Below, piece after piece: positions 39,901 to 53,020 of a DNA stretch of 64,000 nucleotides. The stretch covers positions 57,228,001-57,292,000 of the forward strand of contig NC_045707.1 in NCBI RefSeq assembly GCF_009834535.1, in the 5' to 3' direction. Source of the DNA: Camelus ferus. Taxonomy: Eukaryota. The stretch's first letter is position 1. Each line of letters begins with the position of its first letter. The position numbers were made by a program, and so were the translations under genes. The notes under the pieces were generated by a model. That model saw only the letters and a list, made by a program, of their open reading frames with translations. It ran no database searches and was not told the origin of the DNA.

Positions 39901-40934
39901 ATCTCAGGGAGGTAAAATAATATGTTCAATTTTGAGTTATTTTTTAAAAAAGCAAAACATTTCAAGAAAACCACAGCAAACAAGCAGAATACCTAGGGCA
40001 TAAATGAGAAGTTTATCTCTCTCTCACATCCAAGGAGTTCAAAGGTTTCCAGGGCCAGACTTCCTATCTTGTTACTATGCTATAAAGGACTTCCATTCCC
40101 AAAGCCACCTCAAGGTCCCTGATAGTTGCTGGAGTCAGAATTTAGATGCTCATTTTAACCAGCAAGAAGAAGAGAGGAATAAAAAGGACCCTCTTTAAAA
40201 GCATCTTCTGGAAGCTACACACCCTATTCTCCCACAGCCCTTAGCTAGAATTTAGACATATGATGAGACCTAAAGGCAACGAAGCTCTATGTCCCCCTAA
40301 AATATGAGGGTAAAAAATGATAATAGTAATTAAAAAATAATAAATCTCTGAACTCAGGTACCTAGTTAAGGCAGACCTTGAGAGTTAGTTCAACTCCATT
40401 CTTTCTCACATTTTCACGTACTATGTGAATCTCCTCAAGGTTCTTTATTATTCCATTCTTCAGGCCCTACTTCAAGTCTCCCCTACCTCACAAAGCTTTT
40501 CCTAACAACTACATCTCAAAATGATGCTTTAGCTCTCTGAATTTTGATGTATTCCCTCTATACCACAAAGTCTGAACTGTACTATATTATAGGCACTTCT
40601 GTTTTTACGCAGCCTTTCTTCAGCTGCATTGCCAGTTTCAAGATGCCAGGGAGCATAACTTTATTACAGGGTTGTGGCTGCCCTAGTTCTTGATTTGGTG
40701 GATCAAATGGCCTTTGAGTCCTCATTTTAATTTGTTAGCTGTAACCTTGTTGACCACTATTGTTTACAAAAATTCATCCCACCCCTTGGCTTCTGTGGCA
40801 CAACTCACCAATTCTTCCTATGAGTATCAACTAATGTGTTAGTTTTAGAACACTATGTTCCCACAGTCCACAAGAAAAGAGATCTCGAACCCTGATCTCC
40901 CTCACTGATCACGGGTAGGATATTTTGGTACTGT

Positions 40935-41125
40935 CAAAGTTTGCAGCATATTGGCCTACAGACTGGATCTAGTTTGTAGACATATTTTATTTGGCTCATA
41001 TAAGATCATTAAAAGAATGAATTAGCTGCCAACATTTAAAAATCAGACAATGTCACATTTAAAAAAATGAAAAAATTCAAAGCTCTGGCATCACTGGGCC
41101 AACATTCCCACATGCTGAGAAGCTG
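40935..41125. mobile_element. hAT-Charlie (MER102-like) DNA transposon fragment
   Basis: GGCCTACAGACTGGATCTAGTTTGTAGACATATTTTATTTGG...GCCAACATTTAAAAATCAG...CTGGCATCACTGGGCC. Confidence 0.5.
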
Positions 41126-41559
41126 TCATCCCTTGTAGAAGAGACGCCATGTATCCACTAAATCTCATTTATTTTTTTCCCTGTGCACAAAACTGAATTA
41201 CATGCCTATTTGATTGAGTTCAATCAATCAAATATAGTTAGAAAGAGTAGCTGCTGAAAAAATTTCCCATATGATGCTCAGTGCTCACTTTCTCACTCTA
41301 TATGTCAGACTGATGTATTTTTACTTTGATAGTTCCTAATATCAAAACTAGATACAAGATCTTTTATGTTTCTTTGTAGGAACCCTCTCAAAATAGGTCC
41401 AATGACTATTCAATGTATATGCATCTTTAAATTTCATGTGATTTTTTAATAGAATTCCAGTTCATGCTAATGTCATTAAAAATATTTAAATGACTTTCCT
41501 AAAATAATTCCTTTACTTGAAAACTTCAAGTATTTCTTTATTTCTGCCCTTCTCTGAAC

Positions 41560-42320
41560 TTTTTCAATCTATGTGACCTAATTTGAAATAAAAATGTGGA
41601 AGATACAAAGCCACCTAGCTTCCTTTTCTCCAATCTTAGTCACACCTTTCTCTTTCCAGAAATAACCATTAGCCTAAATTTGGAACATGATCATTCTCGT
41701 GTGTATTTAAAATTATTATTACATAAGCAAGTATCAGTAAGTTATATATTACTAACTTGCCTATGGTAAAAAACATATACATGCACCACACAGAATGCAA
41801 TTTTCTTTTTCTTATTCAACTTTATGTTTTGTTTTCAAAAAAGGAAATGCAAGTCTGTTAAACATTTTACTTATTTTTCCCTTAAAACATTTAAGCAATT
41901 AATTAATTTGTGAAACAGCTAATTTATTGTTATGGCTCCAAAATCAATAAGCATAAAACACTGTAGAGTTAAAAGCATCCCTCCTACCTCTGTACTTAAA
42001 GCTACTCAGTTGCCATCCACCTCCGTCTTCCAAAATAGGTACCCATGGTTACTAGTTTTTTCTGTATCTTTCTAGAGATAAATGTTACCATGCTAAGCAT
42101 TATTTTGTACACTTCTTTTTTACTTAATAAAAACATTATCTTTTCATGTCAGTGCATTAAAGAGCACTCTTATCCTTTCTTAGTGTAGTGTCATGTTTTA
42201 TTTTATGAATGATTTAACTACTATTTTATTGATGTGGACTTAAATTATCTCTATTTTTTAGTAATTACAAATAATGAACAACATATAACACACATACATA
42301 ATTTTGTACATGTGAATAAT
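41560..42320 (-). mobile_element. Ancient L1ME-like 3' fragments
   Basis: Degenerate L1M 3'UTR motifs (CCAGAAATAACCATT, GGTACCCATGGTTACTAGTTTT, TTTATTGATGTGGACTTAAATT). Confidence 0.5.
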
Positions 42321-42720
42321 ATTAGTTATCTATTACAGTAAAAAAAAAATTAGCAGTTTAAATTGGTAAATATTATCTCACATCTTCTGTGGACCCAGAA
42401 TGCAGGCAGTTTAGCTAGATTTGTCTGCCTCAGTAAGTCTGACAAGGCTAATTTCAGGGATTGGCCAGGTCTGTGTCTTGGTCTAAAGGTTTAACTGGGG
42501 AAGGATTTGCTAAGCTCACTTACATAGGTGATGTCAAGATTCAGTTCCTCAGAGACCTTTAGACCGAGGTCCTCAGTTCCTCAGGCACTGTTGCCTGGAG
42601 ACCTTCCTTACTTCCTTGCCAAATGGACATCTCCATAGGGCAGCCAGCAACATGACAGCTTGCTTCTTCCAGAGCAAGGGCTCTGTGAGAGAATGCAATG
42701 TAAATAAAGAGTCACAAAGT
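42320..42720 (-). mobile_element. MLT1 LTR fragment
   Basis: TATTAGTTATCTATT...CTCAGTTCCTC...GGACATCTCCATAGGGCAGCCAGCAACATGACAGCTTGCTTC. Confidence 0.75.
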
Positions 42721-42779
42721 ATAAGAAATAAAATAATAGGTGCACATACATGTGTGTGTTTGTGTGTGTGAAGGGAGAC

Positions 42780-43520
42780 CCTGCCAGGGGAGGCAGAAGT
42801 AGAAGAAAACAGTGGAGCCTCAGATGGGTGTAAGAAAAGAACGCACACAGCCAATAGATGGTCCCTGGAAAACACTGCGAGGCAATAGCATTCAGAACTG
42901 ACACTGGGAGGAGTTTCGGCATGCTCCAAATGTAGGTAAATACAAAGGCTTGCAGTAAGGAAGCTTGAGAGTGGGGACCTTCTAGCCTTAACAAGGCTTG
43001 AAATTGACACGCCAAAGCCAACTTTCAGGGCAGGCCCCAGGGAGTAACTGCTGGGAGTGGAATCAAAATTTAGCATGACACAGGTAACAAAGGAAGGAAA
43101 GGGAGTGTTGCTGGACACTCAGGTAATAGTAGGGGAGAGGGCAGAGCTAGGAATCTCAGGAAGCAAGTTACTACAGGAAAGGACAGATGAGGGAGCTCTA
43201 TGAAATTAGAAAACAAATCTGAATCCAAACTTCCTTTAAAAATTCAGGAAAACTAGTATCACACAAAAGTGATTAAAAAAAAATTGAATCCCATAAGTAA
43301 AGAGAAAATAAGGACCAGAAGAACATCCACACAATTAAAAGAGCCCAGAAAAGACATATGATTAATAGATAGATGATAGACCAATAAATATTAAAACCAT
43401 AACTATTTCAAAGTGAGCTAAAAGATATTAAGAAAAAGACATAGGAAATAAACTTTAAAAATACAACATAAAAATCAGAATTAGACTCAGCAATGATATG
43501 ACAAAACTCAAAAAATTCAG
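42780..43520 (+). mobile_element. HAL1-like / L1M 5' region fragment
   Basis: GAGCTAAAAGATATTAAGAAAA...CAACATAAAAATCAGAATTAG resembles the recalled HAL1 ORF start. Confidence 0.45.
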
Positions 43521-43529
43521 ATTTTATTT

Positions 43530-44720
43530 TTTAAATACTCTTATAAATATCTTGTACCTTTAACTTGGAACGTATGTGCTAGAGTTTCACTGAGGAATAA
43601 GCCTAGACGTAGAATTGCCCCACCAAAGTATGTATAGATCTTCAAATTTGCTAAGTATTGCCAAATTGCTATCTAAAATGAATATGCTACTTTATATTCC
43701 TACCAATATCTTAGGAGAATCAACAGCTTTTTATATATCACCCACCTTTATAATGTCAGCCTATTTAAATTTTTCCAAACTATTGGGTGTGAAATGGCAT
43801 CAAAATATTATTTAAAATTTGTCTCTGTGATTGTTAATGTAATTTTTATCAAATTTTCTCTGAATTACCTACTCATATCCTTTATCTATTTTCTTCTGGG
43901 TTGGTTTTGTTTTTCCTATTGATTCACAATAATTTTTCCATCTATTCTGAAAAACAATACTCTGTTGTATTGTATGCATTTTAAGTATCTTTTTTTAAGT
44001 TTTAGATATATCTTTTTAGTTTACAATATCTCTTTTCAAAACACAACTTGTAATTTTAATATAGTCTGTATTTCAGTAAGTTTTCATACGTGGTTGGTGG
44101 CATAATGTTTTTATGCTTTCTTTTCTCTCCTACCCCAGTAAGAAAAATAAATGTTCTATACATTCTTCAATGTTTTATAAAGGTTTGCTTTTACATTAGA
44201 GTCTTTTACCCATGTGAATTAGATCTTAGATGTAATGTGAGGTATGGTTCTAATGATTTATTTTTGTAGATCAATAACCACATTGAAACCAATTTTCACT
44301 AACACGAACAATGACATCACTGGCATCCCTGTGTGCCTGAGCACTTGCTTCTCTATGGTAGCACCTAGAATAGAGATACTGGGATAAAGAGTATGCACAT
44401 TTTCATACTCACTAGCTATTGCAAAAATATTCTCCTATGGGAATTTTCAGATTGACCCTATCACCAGTAAAGTATGATTTCTACTTCCCTGTGAGTATCA
44501 TCAAACATTAATTTGGGCCAAGCTGATGAATGTTAATTGTTCTGAGCAGTCATTTTGCAAAGCTTTTGTTCTTTCAGTTTGTTTACAATTACTTGTTCAA
44601 AGTGGACTATTTTCTGAGCTTACATGATTTGTGAATCCTAGCCTATTTCTTCCAGAGCAATAAGCCAATATCCCCCCAAAAATGTATTAAATAATGCTTC
44701 CTTCCCCCTATTGTTACCTT
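43530..44720 (-). mobile_element. Ancient L1M fragments
   Basis: GTATTGCCAAATTGCT...TATATTCCTACCAA...GGGTGTGAAATGGCATC...TCATATCCTTTATCTATTTTTCT. Confidence 0.65.
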
Positions 44721-47700
44721 GTATGAAGACACTATCTTAAAGATGATCAAGGAAAAAGAATTTGTAGTTATTTATTTGAATTTTCTCATCCTTATGCTTT
44801 AAATATTCATACTACTACTAACATATCTGCCTGAGCACTTGACAATTTTTTAAAGAGTTCTAACATATGTTTCAACAAGAATTTAAAATTTGATTAGAGT
44901 TTCTCATAACTAAATATTAATAAAAGTGATAAATTTGTGTGTGTGTTTGTGCCAGTGAATCACTTTCAGTTTTTTGGTTACCTATTATTTTATGTTTCAT
45001 CAAAAATCTTTGCATATTTATATCAACTTTCTGTTTACCCCTTAGATTATTCATGCCTGAGTGGAGTGTCAGCTGCAGAAATAGGAGGTTTAATGAGTTT
45101 CATGGGGATACCTCATTCCAAGAACAAAAACTGGAAAAGGAATAAAATGTAAGTGCCTGCATACTAATATGGCCCCCTGTTAGAACCAATCTCAGAACAC
45201 AAGATGATAGATAGTCCCCACACAAGATACATTTCCTTTAGAAAGGCCTTTACTTCCAATTTGGCTTTCCTTGTATAAATTAATCTCCTACTCTTCACCA
45301 CACTAATTCTAAATATATAAATGACAAATACCCAAAGGTAGAAGTTACCATTACTCTACTCTAAATACTGTATTTGTCTGCACCTGCTCAGGTTTTATTT
45401 TATAGACTATTGCTTTGTTCTGCTGCTTTTTTCCCTTCTCTTTTTTTTTTTTTAAGAACCATTATTATTTATAATAGAAACGGTTGCCATAAAAATAAAC
45501 ATTTAACTTATTAACATTCTACACAGACATTCTTTTTCTTTGAAAGAGAGCCTTAATTTACTTTGGTGAAGATAATGCATTATAAAGCACCTTTTTTACA
45601 TATTTAATATATGCTGTGGAGTGCTAGTCTATGGGGACAGCAAGCAAAGTTAATTTAAGAGAGAGAAATTTAAAGTTCATCTATGAAGCACATAAAAATG
45701 GAGAACTAAGGCAATTGCTCATGCTTTTTAGATTAAAAATTCCAATATATGTGTAAGTAAAAAGAGAAAGATTCTGGATCTGTATAATTTAGATGCATTA
45801 GTTTATGTACAGTTTCTTTATGTATGTGTGCATGCGCATATGCATTCACAGCGAAATACACAGAATTATAATCTTGATTTTCTAATGTTTATGAAAAATT
45901 CGATCTTTAATTTTACAGTAAAAATGAAACAAAAGATTTCCAAAGAACCCTAATTTCTTAAGCCAGGTGAAGTTTTTGAAACAATATTATCCAATGGTCT
46001 TTAGAAGGAATTTATTAACTTATCTGAAACATAGGGGGAAATACTGTTTGATTTATTGTTGATCACTTTGAACTATATTTAGCACTTTAAGATGAATATC
46101 TAAATTTCCCAATTTCCTCGGATTTCAAAGAGAATAAATTTTACTCATTAAAGCAGAGAGGTGCTGATAATACCACACATTAAAAAATACTCTGATGTGG
46201 TTCTTAGGTGACAGTGAGGAAGGAGATAGGAGAGAGGGACAAATAAGATTGAACATTAATGATTAATGACTAATTTACACATATATTTATATTATTACTG
46301 TGGTTGATGCTGTCTCTTGTAATCTATGCATTTATTTCATTAAAAAGAAAAAAGTATTCTTCCTTTTTGGCAAACGACCTGAGAAAAGTTAGCGAGTGCT
46401 CACTTTGCATGGTTGGTATCAGAATCAGGATCAGAGTTGGGATTTGAACTTTAGTCTGTATGACTACGAAGTCAATATCCTATCCAACATACCATGCAAC
46501 AAGGAGAAGTAAACAGAGAATTTTGACTAAGGGTGATAAGATGTGCAAATGTGTCCAATAAGAGCATAAGTGTACTCTTAGTGCTCTTCTGTGTTGTAGA
46601 GAAGGAATGAAAATGTGCCAACACCATTTACCTAAGGAACACAAACTCCTTAGAGAATGTTAAAATATTGGATACTACTACTAATGCCCCCATAGTGATA
46701 TAAACTTTACAAAAATATTTTTTGTGACTTAGACTGCATTTATGAAAGGCTTATTTTCTGCCAGTCATGGGTCTATTATCACATTTTATCTGTTCAACAA
46801 GCCAGTGAGGAAAGTATTATTAACCAATCTTTATAGAAGACACTGAGGTTTAAAGACTGATCAGTATCATAGAGCCCTTCAAGGATTCATCAGAATTTAA
46901 TGTAAGGCCTCTATATGTCTAATCCTCCAAACTCATACTCTTTCCACTACTCTAAGCTAAATGCTCAATACATCTAATAGAGCGGGCACTCAAGAGCCCA
47001 ACGATGATTCCAAGTTAGAGAAATGGAACAATTATTGTGAGCAATAATTATTCTTTCAAAATGGAAAAATCATACTTTCAAAATTTCTTTTTTATACAGA
47101 GTAACCCAACTATTTGGACTCCGAAACATCAAAATCATTATCTCAGTCCTTTCTTTCACTTTGCTCAAAGAAATTAAGTGGAAAAAAAAAAACTCATCAT
47201 CAAAATTTTTTCAATTAGATGAAGAAATAATAAAGGACATTCCTATAAACTTTCTTGAATGTGATAATAGCCAATGCTACAATGTTTCCAATCATTATTT
47301 AGGAAGGCCGTCTATCTTAACAGTTGAACACCATTGCTCTAGAGTTCTGACTCCCAGAATCCAAATCCTAATTCTAGAACTTATTTCCTTAAGTGATGGC
47401 ATAGCTAATCTAATTTTCCCCCTGTGTGTAATGGGGCTAATAACACCCCCAAGAACCATTTAGGATGCTTGATTATAAACTTCAAAACAAATTTAAATAA
47501 TCAAAATGCATTAGCCCATGTAAATTAAGAGTTCAGAAGTTTCAAGAATGTTTTGATCACCACCTTGGCTCCATTTTTCTAAGGGTTTGTGCCAATATTG
47601 GCTTACTTTGGGTTGGCCAAATGTCTGCAATCTGCAGCCTCCCATCTCACACTGTTCTCTCCAGAGAAGGAGAGCCCTACTCGTCCCACAAATGTCAAAT

Positions 47701-48931
47701 ACAAGCCCTTCAAGCTTCATCTGGATTTAATCGTCTAGAGGTTCATGCCTACTCTTTAAAGTTGTTTCTGTAGCAGGGAGAATGGCAAAGAGTACTCTCA
47801 CTGATTTAGGCCAATCTGTTGATCTGGGACTGGGTTCAGTCTTAAACAGACCGTGCAGCAGCTTCACAGTGAGGAAAGAGACAGAAAGGGCAGTTGACAA
47901 TGCCAAAATCAATGTCCTCTGCAGCCTGCCTTGTAGGGTGGTTGTAGGGTGAAGGAAATAATGTATATAATGCACCCAGCAGGGCTTCTGACACAGTAAA
48001 AAGTACATGAATACTAGATAATATTATTCTTCTAATGCTTTTATTTTATTTGATAATTTTATGAGTAAAGCCATCAAAAATATTGACGGAAAGATTACAT
48101 ACAGTATCTTAGAAATAACTGTTCTAGGATATAATTCTATATAACTGAATCAGACTGTTGTTATTTTATGTGCTAAATTTGGGTTTAAAAGAGAACCAAA
48201 TCATATATCTTGATTTAAGCAATTCATTGCTTTCATCCTGCCTAATTTTTCTCCATGAAAAATATTTATAAATTAAATTAATCTTTCAGCAACAGTTGAT
48301 CTGGCAATAAAAACCACAGTAGAATAGCTTCATTAACTAGTCCGTTGGTTCTCAAGCTGCATGTGCTTGTATACTTTCGAATGCACCAATTTTGCCTGAA
48401 TACTTAAAGGGATTAAAAGAAAGTGGGTGATTTTTTTAAAGCACACTTTAGAAAAATGAAGGGAAGAAATCCCCTCATTTCACAGTTATTCAGCTATGCT
48501 CTTCAGAGCTGAACCACTGTGTAGTTTTATTTTCTACTCTGACCACACTCTTGTGAACTTGCAAGACAAAGTTTTCATGCATGTTCTGATAAAAAAAAAA
48601 AAGTCATATCTGTTTTTTTATCTTCCCTTTCCTTTTACCTCTTTTTTTCTTGTAAGAGATTCTCCAAAACCAGCTTTCCATAATGATAATAATAGCTAAA
48701 ACCTATTGAGTGTCCATAACTTCCCAGAAACTGTTTTAAGTTTTTTACATGTATTAATTCTTTTAATCCTCAAAATGGTGCAGGGTTGTTATGATCCTTT
48801 ATGCAGCAGCACCCACTATTACTGCAGATCTTTGAGTATGTCTGTCTTTTGTAGTAATATATGCTTTAAGGAGTTTTATTTGTAGTTTGAATAAATCACT
48901 ATAAGAAAGAATGCTTATATAGTCATCCATC

Positions 48932-48934
<3 letters not shown>

Positions 48935-48972
<38 letters not shown>
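48935..48972 (+). repeat. (AC)19 microsatellite
   Basis: Direct count. Confidence 0.92.
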
Positions 48973-48978
<6 letters not shown>

Positions 48979-50194
48979 ATCCATCCCTACTAAGTGCTGA
49001 GTCTAGAGCTTTTTAACTAGCATGAGTCTCCATACATAGGAGCCCCATAGTTCCTGAGTTTACAGCTTTGGATTCATGCACACATAAAGCCTGCCTACCC
49101 GTTGCTGAATCAGTTTCAAGATCGTAGAAAAGATACCTGATTGGCCCAGCTAGGGTCAAGTGTCCATAAATGATTCACTAGTCTATATCCAGGAGGAAGA
49201 ATCTTGTAGGAAAGAAAAAGGAGGAGGAAGAAGAGGAAGAGGAAGAAAGAGGAAAGAGGAGGAGGAAAAGAAGGATAAAATATATCATAGACCCATCAGT
49301 TTTTGCTATGAGTAATAATGTCCCTGATAAAAGGAAGCAATTTTATATCTGTGCTTAGCAGGATTAGAGGAAATTGGGAAATACAAAGATCAGCAGATGG
49401 TGTACAAAAGAAAATGAAAGATACCTTGTAGAGAGAAAGTTTCTTAGCTTTATGCCTAAGGATCTGAGCAAGTGCTTTAGTAATGAGTATGGTAAATGTA
49501 TGAATTATTTATAGTTATTTAATTGTGTTTAACTGCACAACACACTTGGTTTTCTCTGCATTGTGAGCTGAATCATTCTCACTCAATTTCTCATAATTTG
49601 AGTCAAAGCAACCTTCCTAATATTATATGAAGTTGTATTGAAATAGGGACTTCCCTCAGAAATTATAGTTAAGATACATATACTTAGAGCAGAACACATT
49701 AAGTAGCAAAACTTGTAGAATACTGCAGCAATCAGACATTGCTGTCTGCAAGTATTCTGCCATAATAGTAATTCTTTTTTTAAATGCTATTTCTACAAGA
49801 AAAGAAGTGAAGGAGACTATAAAAACAAAGCAAAACAAAAAACAACTGCAGTGATCAGTTCCCTGGACGTGATGTCTCTAGAAGTCTCTTCACATCATTT
49901 CATAGAGAGTCCTGCTTTAACTGAGTTCTGGTCAGAAGCTGTCTGTGAGCTTCTCTCTTCTTGGTATGTTCACCCTTTCTCTCCACTGTACTAAGCACCA
50001 TAGTTTTCTTTGTTAATGTGAAGAACCACAGATTTATTTATTTTTTTAAGAAGCTAGCTAGTTTGTGACAGCCCCTGTGAATTATTAACATGTAGAGTAA
50101 AAGAAAGAAAAAGATACTGCATTATCAATCCAAACTTAATCTCAAATCATGAATCTGAATCTTACCTCATATCCAGGTTCTTTTAAAGAAGACA

Positions 50195-51120
50195 TTTGGT
50201 ATTACTAGTCTTTTAATTTTAACAATTCCAGTTTCTGTGCGGTGACACCTCATTACAGTTTTAATTTGTATTCCCCTGATGACTGATGATACTGAACATG
50301 TTTTCATGTTTTTTGGCCACCTGAATCTCCTCTATTTTGTGCACCTTTACCTTTTCCCTATTTATAAAATTGGGGTCTATGTTTTTCTTATAGATTGACT
50401 TTCTTAATCTTATGGATTGGTTATCTTTTGAATAAGATGTATCCTGAAGACAAGCTTTCTGTTGGATGTATGTGAGGCAATCATCTTGTTCCAGTCGGTG
50501 GCTTATTTTTCCACTCTCAAAATAACGTTCTTTGTGAAATAGGTATTCTTAATTTTATAAAAACTAATTTATCAGTTTTTTCTTTCATTGTTTGCTTTTT
50601 GTGAACTGTTTCAGGGATCTTTGCGTACCTCAAACACTTGAAGACCTTCTCCTGTATTTTATTCTGGAAGCTTTATGACTTTATTTTTTATATTTGTATT
50701 TATTATACATCTCAAGTCAATTTTTATGAGTCAAGATTTATCCATATTATTTATGAATATTCAACTGACCCAGCACTATTGATTGAAAAGATTATTTTTG
50801 TACAATGCCAGTGGTATTCTTATCACAAAACTGATGAACACACACGTGTGAAATCTATCTCTGAACTCTATTGTGTTTTCTTAATCTATATGTTTATCTT
50901 TGCACCAATATCACATATTCATAAGTACTATAGATTTATAAATCTTGATATATAGGAATATAAGTACTCCAGCTTTATTCTTCTTCAAGATTTCCTCGAC
51001 TCATATAACTTCTTTGCATTTCCTCATGAAGTTTTAGAATTTTCTTCTTAATTTTCATCTTTAAAAAAATCTGCTGGGGTTTTGATTGCAATTTTGTCGA
51101 ATATAGAGTAAGTTAAAATC
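50195..51120 (-). mobile_element. Old L1M ORF2-derived fragment (left flank of nest)
   Basis: GTTTTAATTTGTATTCCCCTGATGACTGATGATACTGAACATGTTTTCATG...CTCCAGCTTTATTCTTCTTCAAGATT...CTGCTGGGGTTTTGATTG. Confidence 0.75.
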
Positions 51121-51124
51121 TTTA

Positions 51125-51327
51125 GTGTTTTGGTTTTCTGTTGCTGAGTAACAAATTACCACACATTTAGGGAATTAGCACAACACTCATTAATCATCTC
51201 ATTTTCCATAATCCAAAGTCTAGGTATAGTTTATCTGGGTTTTCTACACAGGGTCAGGGCTCACTAGGCTGTAGTCAAATTGTTGTCAGTCTGGAATCTG
51301 ATCTGAAACTCGGGGTTCTCATTCAAG
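51125..51327 (-). mobile_element. MLT1 LTR 3' part, interrupted by the PM20D1 retrocopy
   Basis: TGTTTTGGTTTTCTGTTGCTGAGTAACAAATTACCACA...GGCTCACTAGGCTGTAGTCAA. Confidence 0.75.
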
Positions 51328-51430
51328 TTTTCTTTCTTTCTTTCTCTCTCTTTCTTTCTTTCTTTCTTTCTCTCTTTTCTTTTCCTTCCTTCCTTCCTTC
51401 CTACCTTCCTTCCTTCCTTCCTTCCTCTCT
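51328..51430 (+). repeat. Compound (TTTC)n/(TTCC)n microsatellite, the former poly(A) tail
   Basis: Starts ~15 nt downstream (minus sense) of the retrocopy AATAAA. Confidence 0.85.
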
Positions 51431-52512
51431 GCTGCATAGTTCACTTTATTTGACTAATTGTTGTGATATGTACAGTAGAATCACAGTTGGACTGTTTTGC
51501 TCCAGATGTAAAATAAATTGGAGGGGAGAGGAGGGGATGGGGAGCAGAAGAGAAGGGGAAAGGAATTTACAGCAAGAAATATCTAAGCCCTGGAGAAAGC
51601 AGCCCAAGGAGAGTGTCTTAAATTAAACACTTCCAGCAGGTAAAGCCTGGCTGAGATTTTTCAAAACTACATTTGGTAAGTCAGGCCTAGTGGGTGGCTT
51701 AGTTAAATAACCAGAATAAGACAGACAAGCCAGATACCTTCTAAGATAGGAGGGCAGTCAAGGGATGGAGAAGTCAAATCGGGAGGAGGGAGAACCAGAT
51801 TCCTGCTGGCCCTCCCTCACTCCCTTGTTCTTGGTTGAGTTGAGGAGTGAGCAAGTGGGCAATGTATTACAATGTGGTTTTGACAAAAGTTTCACCTACA
51901 TTGGCTTTCCCCTTTGGGTTAGTCCTGGCCTAAGATCATATACACCTAAACCAGCTGGTTCTTCAACCTAACAGTTTGTACACATGAAAAACTGGCCCCA
52001 GGCCTGTGTCAATATTTTAGATCAACTCAAAAATAAATTTCATATGGGATTCATAGGCTTGACCTGAGATTGTATTGCTGATTCCTTGGATTCTACTGAA
52101 GCCCTGAGGCTGGAGGTAGACTGGGCTGAACAAGGAGATGCCAGTGGTGAGGGTGAGGCTCATATAGTTTCAGCTGTCTATGTTTCCAGTACAAGTACCT
52201 GAGGGGCAATATTAACTTCCTGGAAGATGGACTGCATGATCTGGTGAAGCAGCTGGTAACCCAAGGCCTCACTGTCATCAGGACTGATGGACAGGGGTCA
52301 AAGGCACCCAATACATGAAACACATCAGCCTCAATGCTCTTGGTGAGCCCTAGAAACTACTGGACTATCTATCTGTGCAGGGTGAATCTGGAAATTGATT
52401 GTACCCTGGATCATTGAGGGGATAACATTTACTTGACCCCTGCATTAAACATGATAAATGCCATGAAGTTTCTCATCAGCTCATTGGTTATGTGATTTCT
52501 CTCCATTAACCT
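51328..52512 (-). pseudogene. PM20D1: Processed, 5'-truncated PM20D1 pseudogene (C-terminal ~180 codons, 3'UTR and decayed poly(A))
   Basis: Minus-strand 52512-51969 reads across frameshifts RLMERNHITNELMR...FNAGVK/NVIPSMIQGTINFQIHPAQ/VQ*FLGLTKSIEAD/VFHVLGAFDP/DDSEALGYQLLHQIMQSIFQEVNIAP/GNIDS*...LTTGI...QAYESHMKFIFELI*NIDT...VYKL. This is colinear with recalled PM20D1 RFMERNPLTNAIIR...FHVLSAFDP...DDKALGYQLLRQTVQSVFPEVNI...QAYETQVKFIFELIQNADT...HLHKL. No introns; several stops and frameshifts; AATAAA at 51450-51445. Confidence 0.9.
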
Positions 52513-52599
52513 GAGGCCTGGGTCTCTTTCTACTTTAGGTCTGCCCTCAGAGGTCAAGAATCAGTATTTATTTCTTGACTACATAGAACTCACTACTCA

Positions 52600-53020
52600 T
52601 CATGATAACACATCATATATGTTATGTGTTACTTTATTTGACTTGCTAATGTTTATGTAAGGATTTGTTTACATGTCATGAAAGATACTGGCCTGTGATT
52701 TTGCTTTTTTATGTTACCTTGTTAGGTATCAGATTTATTATCAGATTGTTAATATCAGATTTATTCTAACCTCTAAAATACATTGGAAAGTATTTCCTCT
52801 TGTTATATGCCAAGGAATTTTTTTGTTTTGTTTTGCTTTGATTAGTACTATTTATTTTTTATATGTTTAGAAAAACTCACAAGTAATGGCTGGCATTTTA
52901 TCATTTGTGAAGATTTTAAGATATAGATCCAGTTTCTTCAGTAGATACAGAACTGTTCAGACATCACTTTTTATTATGTCACTTTTGGTAAGTTGTCTTT
53001 CTTAAGGAATTTTTCTAGTC
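52600..53020 (-). mobile_element. Old L1M ORF2-derived fragment (right flank of nest)
   Basis: GCTAATGTTTATGTAAGGATTTG...CATGAAAGATACTGGCCTGTGATTTT...TTTTGGTAAGTTGTCTTTCTTAAGGAATT. Confidence 0.7.

Noticed and set aside
42573..43118. 181-aa and 137-aa minus-strand ORFs
   Set aside because: Span an MLT1 LTR, a CA-rich tract and HAL1-like sequence; no coherent protein.
52093..52323. 76-aa ORF as a functional PM20D1-like peptide
   Set aside because: Only the first ~10 residues are in the PM20D1 frame; the rest is frameshifted pseudogene.
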